Part shown: positions 61,549 to 64,000 of the stretch, piece by piece
How the letters are laid out: every line of letters begins with the position of its first letter
Numbering within the stretch: position 1 is the first letter of the stretch
Assembly: GCF_004010195.1 (NCBI RefSeq)
Contig: NC_057728.1
Coordinates: 40,652,346 to 40,716,345, forward strand
Source of the DNA: Chiloscyllium plagiosum
Lineage: Eukaryota
Length of the DNA stretch: 64,000 bases
Reading direction: 5' to 3'
The notes under the pieces: model-generated
The model's database searches: none
Seen by the model: only the letters and a program-made list of their open reading frames with translations
What the model was told of the DNA's origin: nothing
Made by a program: the position numbers and the translations under genes

Positions 61549-62340
61549 CTGCTAGGAATTACAGCTACATCAGTGTTATGTGATTGGATGTTAGCAACAC
61601 CATTCTTCACTTGATGTGATCTAAACTGATCCCAGACGAGCAAACTCCTTTCCTTGTGTAGTCCACCAGATCGTAAATTCCAAACTTCCTTTATCCATTT
61701 TCTACATCCACCTTCATCCATCCAGCCTTGTGGATGCATATGGACAACAATTCATTTGGAAATATTTCCTTTGGCAAAGTTTTTCTCTTAAAAACAGCTA
61801 TCAGTTTTAACTTAGTGTCATCAGCCATACAAGAAAGAACTAAAGTAAACCCACTTTCGTCATGGCCTGTGGTTTTCACCAATACTGTTTTTTCTCCTTT
61901 TTGGTTGACAGTTCAATTCCCTGGCATGCTGATAGTAGTAGCCATTTCATCCATGTTTCCAGTGCATGATAACTTGTAGCCGACTTTCTGCCGATTTCTG
62001 ATTACAAACTGGTGGAACTGTAATATCTTATCTTCTAGTTCACCAGGCAGTTTTTGTGCAATCTGAGCTCTCTGCCAAAGTACTCAGTCATGCCTTCTCA
62101 TGAATCTTGTGCTCTGTCCAGCACTTGTCTTAAAATCCGAAATTCCACCATTCTTCGATTTATTTTGTGGATTCAGATAGCTTCACGACTAACACATTTT
62201 CCATTTTGACAATTTTCAAATATCCACTCAGCAACTTCTTTCTCCAGCTGTGGCCACTTCCTAGGTCTACCTCTGTTGGCACACACTCCTTTTAGCATTG
62301 TCTGAAGTTGGTTCAATACCTTTGTCCCGTCTCTCACAAG

Positions 62341-62862
62341 TTTTGGTCTCCTTCCTATCGGAAGGATGTTGTGAAACTTGAAAGAGTACTGAAAAAATTT
62401 ACAATGATATTGCCAGGGTTGGAAGGTATGAGTTATAGGGAAAGGGTGAATAGGTTGTGGCTGTTTTCCCTGGAGTGTCAGAGGCTGAGGGGTGACCTTA
62501 TAGAGGTTTATAAATTTATGAGGGACATGGATAGGATAAATAGACAAAGTTTTCCCTGGGGTGGGGAAGTCCAGAACTAGAGGGCATAGGTTTAGGGTGA
62601 AAGGGGAAAAATATAAAAGGGACGTGCAGGGGCAACTTTTTTATGCAGTAGGTAATATGTATGGAATGAGCTGCCAGAGGAAATGGTGGAGGCTGATACA
62701 ATTGCAACATTTAAAAGGCATTTGGATGGCCATATGAATAGGAAGGATTTGGAAGGATATGTGCCGGGTGCTGGCAGGTGGACTAAATTGGGTTGGGATA
62801 TCTGGTCGGCATGGATGAGTTGGACCGAAGGGTCTGTTTCCATGCTGTATTTCTTTATGACT
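62341..62862 (+). mobile_element. HER1-like 3' fragment inserted in the pogo transposase
   Basis: FWSPSYRKDVVKLERV...RLRGDLIEVYK; aagttt is duplicated at 62338-62343 and 62865-62870. Removing the insert restores VSEKLVRD. Confidence 0.92.
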
Positions 62863-64000
62863 GTAAGTTTCTCTGAAACACAAAGTTCTGTTACTGCTGC
62901 ACAGTTATTTGTTTTCTCTGCAACTTCAATAACTTTCAGTTTAAATGCTGCTGTATATTGTTTTTTTTTCTGGATGGCAGTTTTACACAAAATGAAAAAG
63001 TAATTTCAAAACCTCAACTAGGTGTATGACTGTATTCCATAAAGTTGGCTGTCACCTGACTCTGACCTGATACGTCATAAGCTTTCCCATCAAATTGGTG
63101 TGAATTGTGCATCAAACCACATAACAGCACAAAAAAATTATTTTCCTCATCATAACATTTATATACAGGATAATTCCTTACTCACAAATGTTATCTGTGA
63201 AGAGCTAGGGTTGACTTTTATGTGAGGTATATGGAAAGTTCCAGACATTTTGGCTAAAAATATTGAGTCGACTTTTACATGAGATCAATTTTTTACTCAA
63301 ATATATACGGGTGCTACTGGCCCACATTCAGTTTATATGGTCCATGGACTCCACACAGCACCACTGGATAATGAAGCCAGCTCTTTCTATTCAAAAAAAA
63401 AAGCCACCACCAAACCATTAAACTACCTAATTAAAAACAGCAAATAACACACGCTAATTACCAGAAGCAGTGCAGCAATAAGTTTAACAAGTGGGTAAAG
63501 CGAGTGAGGGAGCGAAATCAAAATAATTCAGGCAGCTTTTATTTTGAAAAACCTGAGCAGGCATGTTGTAGACACTTCCAGACCAGGTGGGGCATCTACT
63601 AGGGCCTGCTGTCTCAGAGTTAGGGGACATTACATTGCACCACAGGAGCCCTACACGAAGACAGCTCCTTTTCATTTTGAACATATCTCCACCAATTTAA
63701 CCAATCGACCAACTAAGCAAATAACAACCAACACAGAAGGGAAGGAAAGGTTGGGAATATGGGAGGGAATCAATTTAGAATGGATTTGAAAGGGAGAGAA
63801 TGCACCCCTGCGATGCTCACCTCTCTCTGAAGTCCTCAAGGGTATTGGTGGGCACCATGTCCTCTCTCTCCAGTAACACCCAGGCAGAGATGTCGCTGTG
63901 ACAAAGAGGCAGACAATGGGGATGAAGCTAGCTCATTTTGTTTTCCTTTTGTGTAACCAATTAAACAATTAATGAATTACAGGCAGTGCCCACCAGGGGC

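Larger units (their letters stand above)
61319..63310 (-). pseudogene. pogo-family DNA transposon fossil, POGK-like transposase (Brinker-type DBD + CENP-B HTH + DDE), one TIR
   Basis: QYTAAFKLKVIEVAEKTNNCAA...VSEKLVRD; KWPQLEKEVAEWI; VKTTGHDESGFTLVLSCMADDTKL; GWMDE...SLLVWDQFRSH...AVIP. A terminus-like ccgtatatatttgagtaaaa...aaaagtcgac runs leftwards from 63310. Confidence 0.88.

Overview
Eukaryotic, AT-rich, repeat-dense, non-genic (intergenic or deep intronic) DNA. It is most likely from a shark or other elasmobranch, inferred from HE1-like V-SINEs and HER1-like CR1 LINEs. I found no host protein-coding exon, rRNA, tRNA gene or CRISPR array, and every recognisable ORF is a decayed transposon fragment. 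Retroelements present: many CR1/HER1 3' fragments, a second CR1-clade LINE with its partner tRNA-SINE, L2 and RTE remnants, two Gypsy pol remnants and Deu-domain SINEs. DNA transposons present: a hAT fossil with TIRs (ZNF862/Tip100-like) and a POGK-like pogo transposase fossil. The most striking layer is about 16 Penelope-like element pieces from 4-5 families. Their termini carry minimal hammerhead ribozyme motifs (CUGANGA-stem II-GAAA-palindromic stem III), several with intact cores and several arranged as short TSD-flanked palindromic mini-elements. Also seen: a perfect 108-bp inverted duplication, a 126-bp tandem duplication, a minisatellite apparently co-inserted with a LINE, multi-level nesting, TE-poor blocks that may be conserved enhancers, and one assembly gap (40543-40918). 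Coordinates were read by eye, and edges of old repeats are approximate.
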